Part shown: positions 12,886 through 25,511 of the stretch, piece by piece
Numbering within the stretch: the stretch's first letter is position 1
Layout: every line of letters begins with the position of its first letter
NCBI GenBank assembly: GCA_965644295.1
Contig: CBFFRP010000426.1
Span: 62,001 to 126,000 of the forward strand
Origin: Paraphysomonas bandaiensis
Taxonomy: Eukaryota; Protista; Chrysophyceae
DNA length: 64,000 nucleotides
Direction: 5' to 3'
Made by a program: the position numbers and the translations under genes
The notes under the pieces: generated by a model
Database searches by the model: none
The model's input: the letters and a program-made list of their open reading frames with translations, nothing else
What the model was told of the DNA's origin: nothing

Positions 12886-13270
12886 ATTGCTGTATTAAGA
12901 GATAAATGTATCAATGTACCATGAGAATTACTGCCTATAATCCTCCACATAAGGCAGAACATACACAGCACACCGTAACATACATGAGGACGTAAATGCT
13001 ATATGTGCAGTTCTGGAGTACTGGAGCAGGTGTTCATTCATAATGTCCAGAAAAATCAACAACTTTCTCAATTTTCAGTTTTTACTCTACCATTACGATT
13101 GAAGATACGGATTTCCATCTGCACAAAGGATGCTGTTTTTTTGTCATATCAAATGGTAGTGTCATATATGTATATGTATGGATGTATGTATGTATGTATA
13201 TGTATGTATGTAACATCACCTACACAAAGGCGCATATGAACTTTACATGCATGCATGTGTCAAGGAAATT
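10960..13270 (+). repeat. Segmental direct duplication of ~3950-7650
   Basis: Gene, upstream region and the post-microsatellite sequence TAACATCACCTA...CAAGGAAATTTA are shared (7585-7647 vs 13211-13272). Confidence 0.9.
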
Positions 13271-13343
13271 TAGTTCCACACAGTGTCAATTGAATATCAC
13301 TTACAAATATATAGAGTTAAATAAGTGCTAATATCTTTTCAAT

Positions 13344-14193
13344 ATGTCAGAGGTAACTACATGATAATTTAATACGTGATGTGCTTATAATCCCTCAGGT
13401 TCCGCCTACACGTATGAACTTAACCACTTACAAGGCAAAGAGAGTTGCCGCAAAGAAGGGTTATGACCTTCTTAAGAGAAAAGCAGATGCCTTAAAGGTA
13501 TATACTGATAATCTCTATTCATATTATGATAGTATATGACAGGTCCGGTTTCGTGATATTATGAAAGCCATATATGCCTTGAAAGTTGGCATGGCTGACC
13601 AGTCTTCAGCTGCGTTTTTCAGTCTAACACAGGCTGAATATGCGGCTGGAAGCTTTAGGAGTAAGGTGCTAGAAAATCAAATGAGTGCATGTATCCGAGT
13701 ATCGTCGAGAACGGACAACGTTGCTGGCGTTAAGCTCCCTGTATTTTCCTCATACGAACTGAAAAAAGAATCCCAAGAAAATTTGGGACTTGCAGGTGGC
13801 GGGCGTCAAATTAACAATTGCAAAGAGAAGTTCACGGAATACTTGGAAGTTCTCATTAAACTTGCATCTCTGCAGACATCATTTATTACCATGGACGAAG
13901 CGTTGAAGGTTACAAACAGAAGGGTAAATGCATTGGAAAACGTCACTATTCCAAAGATCGATGCTGTGCTGAGCTATATAACCAAGGAACTGGACGAGCT
14001 CGAGAGAGAGGACTTTACCCGTCTCAAGAAAGTTCAAGGTAAGAAAGAAGAGAAGAAGAAGCTCGAAGAGCTTGAAAAAGCCACTCGTATGGCCTCAATC
14101 GAGGAGAATTCTGCGGGAGAGACTGCGAGTGGGTCAACGAATGTAATGTCCGGATTCGATGCTGCAGATGACGAGGATGTTGTCTTCAAATAA
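13344..14193 (+). CDS. ATP6V1D: V-type ATPase V1 subunit D
   Basis: MSE|VPPTRM...[15 protein letters not shown]|...DNVAGVKLP...[11 protein letters not shown]...[15 protein letters not shown]; introns 13353-13398 and 13498-13542. Confidence 0.97.
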
Positions 14194-14515
14194 AGCACTT
14201 CTCAATTGGAGTAATACCCCGGCATGCGTTGTTAGTTTTATCTGATATTAAGCGCCGGGATCGGCAGTATTTATCCCTATATCTAACAATGAATGAAGTA
14301 GACTGGTTTCAGTTGCATTTGGACATGTGATTCAGACAAGCACTTTTTATGTCAGCTGATCTAATAATTAGCGCTATTTTCTTTTACTTTGAAGCGCAGT
14401 GATTTCTATTTCAGATTAAGTCGTAGAGTTATTATTAGTGTGAGCATCGGTAGGCCATATGAGCTAGTAACGATTCTGTGACTCACCGATGATATTGTTT
14501 GTACTGTACAACATC

Positions 14516-14565
14516 GCAATTAAAATTGACTACAACCTGCGTCAATTAATTAATACGCAGCCCTG
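14516..14565. mobile_element. Solo terminus of the hAT family at 41618-42441
   Basis: Reverse complement reads CAGGGCTGCGTATTAATTAATTGACGCAGGTTGTAGTCAATT. Related end fragments near 14835-14916, 17123, 17259 and 30545-30565. Confidence 0.7.
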
Positions 14566-15457
14566 TTAGCTATATGCGTGTGTGTATCGGAACTAATGCA
14601 GTAAAACAATTTAAGTAACTAGTGCATAAATCTTAAAAATTTAATAATATATAGTATATCTATATATCTCGATTCTCGATTTACTACTATTTAGCGCTAC
14701 GAAAGCTTCTTGTGTATCACCGCCCAGATGCTTGATTTCAGTAGGCAGCCCAATACCCCGGTTACCCTTGAGGTGGGCCCAAATCGGTATCTTTTGGATG
14801 AGATTGTAGTTCAGACGTTCAGACGGCTATTAATTGGCAATAATTGGGTGCATGATTAATAATTGCAATTATTATTGTTAGACATCTGTTACCAAATAAT
14901 TGTTACGCAAGCCTGGGGCCCATTCCCGGATGCCTGTGAATTCGTCAAGCGTCCAGGCCCAAAGACGTCATTAGCGTCACTTGTACCACACAAGCATTTG
15001 GCTATGAGTGCTTATACCCACCGCTTATGATTATGATTAATAACGAATATACGCACTCCATTTATACCTTGCCAATGTCAAACTGACAGTGTTTCTTTAT
15101 CAAATTATTCTATTATTATTACAAGGGTAGAAGAAAAACGAACTGCTGTGAAATAAAAGTAACACTACTTGATCGTAATAAGCATAAACAACGGTCAAAC
15201 GATATCCTGTGAAAAATAGGAAATATATAGTATATATTCACCAATTTTTCTAATCGATGCATGGAACATATACAGGAGCTCCAGAAAATGCAGGAGCTAA
15301 TACAAGCCGTCGATACAAACATCGGCACTAAAAAGTTATTGTCTACATTATGCATATCCATTATCTCGTACACAAAAGTTGAAAAAACATTTGCCAGCAT
15401 CTCTGGCGAAAAGGTTGTGGGAACCGGTGCATGGAACTTCTACAAGAGCTCCAGTAA

Positions 15458-15730
15458 TTAGGTTGCATATACCTCCATATTAGAAATTCTGTGAATATCA
15501 TTTAACGCCTGTTCACACATAGAGGGGTACATTAGAACTATAACTGTAGCCTCCCTGGTGTATACAAGACGATTTCCGTGCAGTGAGTACCCAAGAGATG
15601 CCTCACGCACGACTCCATATAGACTAAACAGATCCACCACATCTGGCAGAGTAAACTCTAAAGGGAGGTTCTTAATATAAAAAGTAATGTTAATCTGTTC
15701 GGTTGAAGTTCTGTTGAATCTTTCCGGCAT
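15458..15730 (-). CDS. RRM-like ORF in the left arm of the inverted repeat
   Basis: RNP2-like FYIKNLP followed by DLFSLYGVV; gene structure uncertain. Confidence 0.5.
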   Translation of the reverse strand: MPERFNRTSTEQINITFYIKNLPLEFTLPDVVDLFSLYGVVREASLGYSLHGNRLVYTREATVIVLMYPSMCEQALNDIHRISNMEVYAT

Positions 15731-16591
15731 GTCGAATAGTTTTAATTATATCCAAGAACGAAGTAGTTATCGTTCACCTGTTCATAAAATAATACTAGTA
15801 GAAATATAAATATGTTCTATATAATTGTCGTTGAATCGGAGATGCTTCACACCCCTCAGTCTCTTCTCACTGTTCCACTTGAGACAACTACTGCTCCTGT
15901 GTCATTAAACTCCACATTACATTTATCAATAGCAGGGCTCTATCGTGTCTCTTCTTTCCATATAGTTTCGATATAATGACATTACCCTAATCGACCTTGT
16001 GGTCTACCTGGTGCAGTTGGTATCCAGTGTGCCCTTCCAATCCCATGACTATCAAACTGGCAGTTTGAATTTTCCAGTTTTACAACACATTTTATAAGGA
16101 AAAGTTATAAATCAGGGGTTTCCAGGGCAGAATTTCTGGAAAAATCATAGACCGAGAACAAAGGCATGGATCCTAATGGGATATATGGGAGAACAAGGGG
16201 CTAAAGGGATATGAACTGCACCACGTCTATAACTTACAGACAGGATCATTCCCAGACAGACACATGCATTCATGTCACTCAACTCACACATATCTCTATT
16301 CCACATATTTGAGTTGTATGACTTATATAACTCCATACAGTTATTTATATTTCATGATTCACTAAACCATATAGAAGAGACAAGCCCTGCTATTGATAAA
16401 TGTAATGTGGAGTTTAATGACACAGGAGCAGTAGTTGTCTCAAGTGGAACAGTGAGAAGAGACTGAGGGGTGTGAAGCATCTCCGATTCAACGACAATTA
16501 TATAGAACATATTTATATTTCTACTAGTATTATTTTATGAACAGGTGAACGATAACTACTTCGTTCTTGGATATAATTAAAGCTATTCGAC

Positions 16592-16864
16592 ATGCCGGAA
16601 AGATTCAACAGAACTTCAACCGAACAGATTAACATTACTTTTTATATTAAGAACCTCCCTTTAGAGTTTACTCTGCCAGATGTGGCGGATCTGTTTAGTC
16701 TATATGGAGTCGTGCGTGAGGCATCTCTTGGGTACTCACTGCACGGAAATCGCCTTGTATACACCAGGGAGGCTACAGTTATAGTTCTAATGTACCCCTC
16801 TATGTGTGAACAGGCGTTAAATGATATTCACAGAATTTCTAATATGGAGGTATATACAACATAA
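16592..16864 (+). CDS. RRM-like ORF in the right arm of the inverted repeat
   Basis: Differs from the left-arm copy at 2 aa. Confidence 0.5.
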   Translation: MPERFNRTSTEQINITFYIKNLPLEFTLPDVADLFSLYGVVREASLGYSLHGNRLVYTREATVIVLMYPSMCEQALNDIHRISNMEVYTT

Positions 16865-17309
16865 TTACTGGAGCTCTTGTAGAAGTTCCATGCACCGGTT
16901 CCCACAACCTTTTCGCCAGATCTGCTGGCAAAATGTTTTTTATTTTTACGTTTAGATACATGGATATTCATAATGTAGACAATAACTATTTAGCAATAGT
17001 AGCTTGTGGCAATGAGTAGTAATGAAATAAATATATCAGTACGGTCTGGATTTAGCTTTTCTTTATTAGTGAACAGTTTCATGATAAATATTTTATGAAC
17101 ATTTGTCCGTAGTAGATAATATCAGGGCTAGGGAATTATCATGTTAGTGTACTATGTTTAGCACTCACAACATTTCGAAGTCTCTTATGCAACGTGTTTG
17201 CTGCTTTCATTAATTTTCTTGAAGAGCACTCGAGCAGTGACTTCTGGTACTAGTTTTTCAGGGCTGCGTATCAATTAACTGACACTTAATTCAAGCTAGC
17301 TCAGAAAAA

Positions 17310-20300
17310 GTACCTATAGGTAGGTACCTATAGGAGATCTATAGGTACTTTATTAATTAAATCTCCTGGTACCTATTAAAAACTTGTCTAGTACCTATAG
17401 GTACATTTTAGCTCAATAGGTAGCACATATACCAGCTTCAGATAGGACAACCTATAGGTGGGTCCTATTTCTTGGTACCTAATAATCGAATTAAGAACCC
17501 CTATTAGGCACTACCTTTTTGACTTATAAGTACTAAGCAAGTTCCTAATAGTGACCTATAGGTACAAACAAGTTCCTAATACGGACCTATAGGTACGACC
17601 TATACGTGTCCTATAGGTACTAAAAGAGTTCCTCGTAGGTACTTATCGGTACCTATAGGTACTACCTATTCTTGACATTGCTACCTATAGGTAGTAGTAC
17701 CTATAGGTGGCAAGACCAGCTATAGATGGGTCCTATTTCTTGGTACCTAATAATTGAATTAGGAACCCCTATTAGGTATTTATTTTGACCTATAGGTACT
17801 ACCTAGATAGCTAACATGTACCTATAGGTAGTAGTACCTATAGGTGGCAAGACCAGCTATAGGTGGATCCTATTTATTGGTACCTAATAATCGTATTAGG
17901 AACCCCTATTAGGTATTTATTTTGACCTATAGGTACTACCTAGATAGCTAACATGTACCTATAGGTAGTAGTACCTATAGGTGGCAAGACCAGCTATAGG
18001 TGGATCCTATTTATTGGTACCTAATAATCGTATTAGGAACCCCTATTAGGTATTAATTTTGACCTATAGGTACTACCTAGATAGCTAACATGTACCTATA
18101 GGTAGTAGTACCTATAGGTGGCAAGACCAGCTATAGGTGGATCCTATTTATTGGTACCTAATAATTGAATTAGGACCCCTATTAGGTATTAATTTTGACC
18201 TATAGGTACTACCTAGATAGCTAACATGTACCTATAGGTAGTAGTACCTATAGGTGGCAAGACCAGCTATAGGTGGATCCTATTTATTGGTACCTAATAA
18301 TTGAATTAGGACCCCTATTAGGTATTAATTTTGACCTATAGGTACTACCTAGATAGCTAACATGTACCTATAGGTAGTAGTACCTATAGGTGGCAAGACC
18401 AGCTATAGGTGGATCCTATTTATTGGTACCTAATAATCGTATTAGGAACCCCTATTAGGTATTAATTTTGACCTATAGGTACTACCTAGATAGCTAACAT
18501 GTACCTATAGGTAGTAGTACCTATAGGTGGCAAGACCAGCTATAGGTGGATCCTATTTATTGGTACCTAATAATTGAATTAGGAACCCCTATTAGGTATT
18601 TATTTTGACCTATAGGTACTACCTAGATAGCTAACATGTACCTATAGGTAGTAGTACCTATAGGTGGCAAGACCAGCTATAGGTGGATCCTATTTATTGG
18701 TACCTAATAATCGTATTAGGAACCCCTATTAGGTATTAATTTTGACCTATAGGTACTACCTAGATAGCTAACATGTACCTATAGGTAGTAGTACCTATAG
18801 GTGGCAAGACCAGCTATAGGTGGATCCTATTTATTGGTACCTAATAATTGAATTAGGACCCCTATTAGGTATTAATTTTGACCTATAGGTACTACCTAGA
18901 TAGCTAACATGTACCTATAGGTAGTAGTACCTATAGGTGGCAAGACCAGCTATAGGTGGATCCTATTTATTGGTACCTAATAATCGTATTAGGAACCCCT
19001 ATTAGGTATTAATTTTGACCTATAGGTACTACCTAGATTAATAGCTAACATGTACCTATAGGTAGTAGTACCTATAGGTGGCAAGACCAGCTATAGGTGG
19101 ATCCTATTTATTGGTACCTAATAATTGAATTAGGACCCCTATTAGGTATTAATTTTGACCTATAGGTACTACCTAGATAGCTAACATGTACCTATAGGTA
19201 GTAGTACCTATAGGTGGCAAGACCAGCTATAGGTGGGTCCTATTTCTTGGTACCTAATAATCGAATTAAGAACCCCTATTAGGCACTACCTTTTTGACTT
19301 ATAAGTACTAAGCAAGTTCCTAATAGTGACCTATAGGTACAAACAAGTTCCTAATACGGACCTATAGGTACGACCTATACGTGTCCTATAGGTACTAAAA
19401 GAGTTCCTCGTAGGTACTTATCGGTACCTATAGGTACTACCTATTCTTGACATTGCTACCTATAGGTAGTAGTACCTATAGGTGGCAAGACCAGCTATAG
19501 ATGGATCCTATTTCTTGGTACCTAATAATTGAATTAGGAACCCCTATTAGGTATTTATTTTGACCTATAGGTACTACCTAGATAGCTAACATGTACCTAT
19601 AGGTAGTAGTACCTATAGGTGGCAAGACCAGCTATAGGTGGATCCTATTTATTGGTACCTAATAATCGTATTAGGAACCCCTATTAGGTATTAATTTTGA
19701 CCTATAGGTACTACCTAGATAGCTAACATGTACCTATAGGTAGTAGTACCTATAGGTGGCAAGACCAGCTATAGGTGGATCCTATTTATTGGTACCTAAT
19801 AATTGAATTAGGACCCCTATTAGGTATTAATTTTGACCTATAGGTACTACCTAGATAGCTAACATGTACCTATAGGTAGTAGTACCTATAGGTGGCAAGA
19901 CCAGCTATAGGTGGATCCTATTTATTGGTACCTAATAATCGTATTAGGAACCCCTATTAGGTATTAATTTTGACCTATAGGTACTACCTAGATAGCTAAC
20001 ATGTACCTATAGGTAGTAGTACCTATAGGTGGCAAGACCAGCTATAGGTGGATCCTATTTATTGGTACCTAATAATTGAATTAGGACCCCTATTAGGTAT
20101 TAATTTTGACCTATAGGTACTACCTAGATAGCTAACATGTACCTATAGGTAGTAGTACCTATAGGTGGCAAGACCAGCTATAGGTGGATCCTATTTATTG
20201 GTACCTAATAATCGTATTAGGAACCCCTATTAGGTATTAATTTTGACCTATAGGTACTACCTAGATAGCTAACATGTACCTATAGGTAGTAGTACCTATA

Positions 20301-21262
20301 GGTGGCAAGACCAGCTATAGGTGGATCCTATTTATTGGTACCTAATAATTGAATTAGGAACCCCTATTAGGTATTTATTTTGACCTATAGGTACTACCTA
20401 GATAGCTAACATGTACCTATAGGTAGTAGTACCTATAGGTGGCAAGACCAGCTATAGGTGGATCCTATTTATTGGTACCTAATAATCGTATTAGGAACCC
20501 CTATTAGGTATTAATTTTGACCTATAGGTACTACCTAGATAGCTAACATGTACCTATAGGTAGTAGTACCTATAGGTGGCAAGACCAGCTATAGGTGGAT
20601 CCTATTTATTGGTACCTAATAATTGAATTAGGACCCCTATTAGGTATTAATTTTGACCTATAGGTACTACCTAGATAGCTAACATGTACCTATAGGTAGT
20701 AGTACCTATAGGTGGCAAGACCAGCTATAGGTGGATCCTATTTATTGGTACCTAATAATCGTATTAGGAACCCCTATTAGGTATTAATTTTGACCTATAG
20801 GTACTACCTAGATAGCTAACATGTACCTATAGGTAGTAGTACCTATAGGTGGCAAGACCAGCTATAGGTGGATCCTATTTATTGGTACCTAATAATTGAA
20901 TTAGGACCCCTATTAGGTATTAATTTTGACCTATAGGTACTACCTAGATAGCTAACATGTACCTATAGGTAGTAGTACCTATAGGTGGCAAGACCAGCTA
21001 TAGGTGGATCCTATTTATTGGTACCTAATAATTGAATTAGGAACCCCTATTAGGTATTTATTTTGACCTATAGGTACTACCTAGATAGCTAACATGTACC
21101 TATAGGTAGTAGTACCTATAGGTGGCAAGACCAGCTATAGGTGGATCCTATTTATTGGTACCTAATAATCGTATTAGGAACCCCTATTAGGTATTAATTT
21201 TGACCTATAGGTACTACCTAGATAGCTAACATGTACCTATAGGTGTAGTACTTATAGGTGGC
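17310..21262. repeat. Palindrome-rich tandem satellite, 118-119-bp unit, roughly 28-30 copies
   Basis: Unit GTACCTATAGGTAGTAGTACCTATAGGTGGCAAGACCAGCTATAGGTGGATCC...TAGCTAACAT. A diverged ~250-bp block recurs at ~17430 and ~19220. Confidence 0.97.
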
Positions 21263-21535
21263 TGCCCCATTCTGAGCGCGTACTTAGGTAGAGCCGGGTG
21301 GGTACCTAACTAATACTTGATTTAAGTCCCATACGTTATTTGCTAGCTACCTACTGAACCCAACTAGCTACATCATTATCACACGGTATTCAGCGCTGAA
21401 TATGCAGTGAGACCCCGAGTGGGGAACTGCTGAACTGAGCAATGTGTACATAGATAGAAGTGTGCGGTCGCAACACTCAGCAGCACCCACTAGGGGGCCA
21501 CACGCAGTGATTAGTTACGCTGTCAGTATGGGGCA
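21263..21535. mobile_element. 273-bp TG...CA element (MITE or solo LTR), copy 1
   Basis: Imperfect TIR TGCCCCAT(T/A)CTGA; nearly identical copy at 25153-25436. Confidence 0.75.
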
Positions 21536-22600
21536 TATGCTGCCAAAGCGAATCGTATAAAGTATATCGAATTGTTGTGTTGTTGTGCAGTAGTTGCTTG
21601 GTAATCTAAGGGTACAATACTCAGTGAAGCTAGGCCGTTGCTGCATTCTACTTTCTTATTGTTTTCTTTCCGGTTTTGGGGTAAGCTACAAAAACTGTTG
21701 CATATATATGCTAAATTAGAGACATGGAATAGAGTGTTTCAATAAGAAGCTAAGCTCAGAACGCATCACATAACTTTTTAGAATGTACGACAATGCATTG
21801 TGTATACGCACTCACTTGATATAATCGGAACACGTGCGCTAACCATGCGCGCGCGTAGGTTTCACGGTGCATTCCTCTAGGTCATAGCAAGACAGGGCAG
21901 GATAGTACAGCTACAGTTTCCCTAAATCGAATAGGAAGAGATGCTGTCATATGAATTTATGCAGTATATCTGGTTCATAGTACTTAAGTGTGTATATAAT
22001 AATTGGACTTACTAATATCGATAAGCAAGCTCAATTTTGATATTTGTATTCAGTATTCATTGGGGACGGAAAAATATATAATACAGGTATATAACTCATC
22101 AATCATCAATGAAGTTCCAAAACTAGCTACGACAATATATATACGCGCCGACTCTGCTTCAGGATTACGGCTAGGGGCTAGGACGTGCGCGTTTCCAAAC
22201 CGCCATTTGTTCCTAGCCAGCTACCTAAGCAAAAACAATGCGAAGAAGCAAGAGAGAGCAAAACCAAGCGGCAACTTATTTTCTTTCAAGCAATCATTGC
22301 TTACCTTTTAAATCATAAATGTAAACGGATGAACGGATAAACCAAAACCAAGCATTGCGGTTGGATCTCACGGCCGAGCTAGAGATTCTAAGCTGCGCTA
22401 TGTATCTAACTGTCCTCTTCCAGGAGGAATCAACACATACAGCACCGCCTACTTGCAAGGTCGCTCGTCGTACGCTCTCGTACGTTGCTTGTTGCTTGCA
22501 TGAACGCATGAATCTCCTGTTACAATTTATAATAGACTATCGATTATGACTTGTGTGACAATACTATATACTAGTCAGATTTACGACTTTGTTAATTTAA

Positions 22601-23545
22601 CTACGTTGAGCCTTTAATATGCATGATGATATCTACATTGGAGCTTGTCGCCACCTTGTGTGTCTTTTTTATTGCAAGCCATAGCGATAGTGGATCTTTC
22701 GTTGCGTTGAACTCTTGATATTCGTCTAATAGTTTTATAGCGTCGTGAGATTCGTTGCTCAGGTGCTGTATCATGAATCCGTACAGTGGTGTTCTGTTCT
22801 TGACCATTTCTCCTATGGCCCGAGATCTTCTGATGCATTGATCTTCGATCTCCTTGTACCCGATGGGGTCTGTCCTCTGGTTGACATCCCTGGTGTCGGG
22901 TCTCGGTGGCTCGTAGTACTCGTCGGTTTCTAGCATCTTTGCAAGGTCTCCGTACCTCACCATGGCTTCGGTCACCAATTTCTGCTTGAAGATAGGCAGA
23001 TTACAGTTTGCACCATATCTTAGCATTGGCACTGCGTCATAACTAACTGTCAGACTCTTGTCTTCTTCCAGATCTTGGATATCTGGGATATCTCTCTTTT
23101 GTCGTTTTCTTCATAATTTCCTCTTACGCAGAGAAAAAACACGGTACTCAGTCGGAAGTTACGGATACTACAGATCAATAAACGGACGGAATATCCCCGT
23201 TGCCTTTTTACACAGTCTACACTACAGGTAGGAATTCCTAGTCAAAAAGCAGGTAACTCGTTAGTAGAGGAAATTATGCTTCTATCCTACAGCCGTACAA
23301 AATATAACACCATACACCTCTATGTGCCCTATGCATATCTTACGTATCGGTATCCTTCGTATATTTTTGTTCCAAGATGCCTCTAGTATTGAGGCAATAA
23401 TCATCTGTATTCTAGCCGTACTTGTATCACAGTTATATAGAGGATATTTGATTCCATTTATTTCCGAAAAATAAGATGCTGACTACTGATACGTATACAG
23501 TCACTTCAAGTACTAAACTGAAAAGACAATCCTCATTCTGCTCTG
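22601..23545 (-). mobile_element. Truncated, diverged relative of the 34162-39135 copia (5' LTR plus gag fragment)
   Basis: The LTR aligns to 34162-34448 and ends CTCTGCG|TAAGAGGAAATTATG. gag MKKTT...LRYGAN...YGDLA...KDPLSLWLAIKKTHKV carries a frameshift near 23040. Confidence 0.9.
23343..23493. mobile_element. 151-bp Tc1/mariner-type MITE inserted in the LTR of the truncated copia
   Basis: TIR CGTATC(G/A)GTA with TA duplication; removing it restores colinearity with the intact LTR. Confidence 0.8.
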
Positions 23546-23647
23546 TCTGATTTCTCTTCAGTGAGGTTCGATTCTAAGTAAGTTGGTTTATTTCTTCTAT
23601 TACTTTTCGACTCTTTTCGACTCCATTATTGGAATTGGAAATATTGC

Positions 23648-24301
23648 ATGATTCGTTTTCTGTTTAAAAGAAGCAAAATATACAAATCTAAATCATCGAT
23701 TAACTTATTACGAAATTATTGCGTTTTGTTGTCGAAAAAGAAAAGCGCTTTGCCCATTGGTTTTTATTATTTCGAAGAAGCTCACGAGGTAGGTTTTGAT
23801 GATGAAGCCGGAGTGATATATCGGGTGGGTCTAAATATTACTGAAAATGGAAAATTTAAACTCATAATTCATGGTCAAAACACTGATGATTGCATGTTTG
23901 TGACCACTTTTAATCGTACTATTTTCACTGGAGTCGCATGTATTCAAAATGATCGTGTTGCTTTACAGTACAATGGTACAGCACGATTTTCAACTGGGGA
24001 ACTATCTGGAGTAGCAGGCCAGCCCATAGCTCGTGTTGGTTTCGATTCAAATAATACCCATCAGCTTGAAGTACATAACGAAAAGAGGGAGTCTTTAATT
24101 CTTATGGATTCTGTTAAACTTAGGCTGTTACTTCCTCGTGTTAAAAGGTTTAGCTTTCCTATGACGGAATGTATAATGACGAAGAGAGAAAAATGTAAAT
24201 TGGATGTAATCTGTCAACGGAGTATTAGAAAAGAAGGGGAGCGTATATGTTACTTACATGGCTGCGCAGGCGATGTTGGTTGTAAAGATATTATTGAATA
24301 A
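23648..24301 (+). CDS. Hypothetical protein with basic, presequence-like N-terminus
   Basis: 217-aa ATG ORF in AT-rich context; no family recognised. Confidence 0.55.
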   Translation: MIRFLFKRSKIYKSKSSINLLRNYCVLLSKKKSALPIGFYYFEEAHEVGFDDEAGVIYRVGLNITENGKFKLIIHGQNTDDCMFVTTFNRTIFTGVACIQNDRVALQYNGTARFSTGELSGVAGQPIARVGFDSNNTHQLEVHNEKRESLILMDSVKLRLLLPRVKRFSFPMTECIMTKREKCKLDVICQRSIRKEGERICYLHGCAGDVGCKDIIE

Positions 24302-25152
24302 CTCGCGAATCATTCATGTGCATGATAACTTTACACGAAGCGTATATCTAGCATTATTTAATCGGAAGGTGAAAGGGACATCGTAAACTGCGAGGTTCTC
24401 TATTTTAGGTAACTCAAGTGATCACCATGTAATCATAAACGACGACTACCACCCACTTTCTACCTGCTGCAGATGATTGATTTATGAGTCTTCTCAATGT
24501 TTCGCATTTATTTTCATCTCAATCCAAGTCCTGTCAGGATTACCATTATTTCAAAAACAAGTAAAATAATTTCATTTATATCATAATATTCCAAAAATTT
24601 AGAATTGGTAGCTAGTAGTCCGGCACTACCGTGTAGATAATGGGACAGATTTATAATTGGTTTTCTTGGACTTCAATAATGTCAATTGTACGTAAGAACC
24701 ATAAAATGATAGTGATTTTATTTTATTAACATGTAGCAGAGCTGAACTTACAGAACTAGCTACTACTTGACTCGGCTTTCTAATATTTTTTCAGAAAATT
24801 TAAGCGAAAGTGTAGATCTTCTACGATTCAATAAGCAAAAAAAATATCCTGTCTGCCGTTTCCTCTCCTCGTCACCTTGCTTTGAAAATCACATGGTGAG
24901 ATAACTAGCTAGTATGGGTTCTGGAATGACTTGAAGTTCGTGGAACGAATCTTGTCTGTTGCCTTTATGCCCTTGTTTTCTTTACGGTAGCTATAGCTAC
25001 TCTTTACTATACACAATAATTCAACATCTGTTTAATAACCATAATTTTAATATACGAGGCGTTGGTTCGAAGAAAAGGTTTGTCTGACAAAAAACCCTCG
25101 TCTACGTAGGCACTTTTATTTGCACCTCTTATGAATCACTTTTACATTATGC

Positions 25153-25436
25153 TGCCCCATTCTGAGCGCGTACTTAGGTAGAGCCGGGTGGGGGCCGGGT
25201 GGGTACCTAACTAATACTTGATTTAAGTCCCATACGTTATTAGCTAGCTACCTACTGAACCCAACTAGCTACATCATTATCACACGGTATTCAGCGCTGA
25301 ATATGCAGTGAGACCCCGAGTGGGGAACTGCTGAACTGAGCAATGTGTACATAGATAGAAGTGTGCGGTCGCAACACTCAGCAGCACCCACTAGGGGGCC
25401 TTACGCAGTGATTAGTTACGCTGTCAGTATGGGGCA
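25153..25436. mobile_element. TG...CA element, copy 2 (small internal duplication)
   Basis: Direct repeat of 21263-21535. Confidence 0.75.
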
Positions 25437-25511
25437 CCCCCCAGTCCCTATAGATCTACGCATACCATACACACAAAAACAAGCAACGCATAGTATATGC
25501 TGTATTAGGTA

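Larger units (their letters stand above)
15340..16985. repeat. Long inverted repeat, ~600-bp arms with ~440-bp spacer
   Basis: 15340-15939 is the near-perfect reverse complement of 16383-16985; the outer ~70 bp are more diverged. Confidence 0.95.

Noticed and set aside
17310-21262. CRISPR-like array
   Set aside because: No unique spacers, no cas genes, eukaryotic context; it is a tandem satellite.
23341-23344. CG as the 5' terminus of the truncated copia LTR
   Set aside because: It is the TIR of an inserted MITE; the LTR continues to ~23545, where its terminus is degenerate.
21263-25436. Single LTR retrotransposon bounded by the two 273-bp repeats
   Set aside because: No outer TSD, PBS or PPT, and the interior is unrelated cargo.
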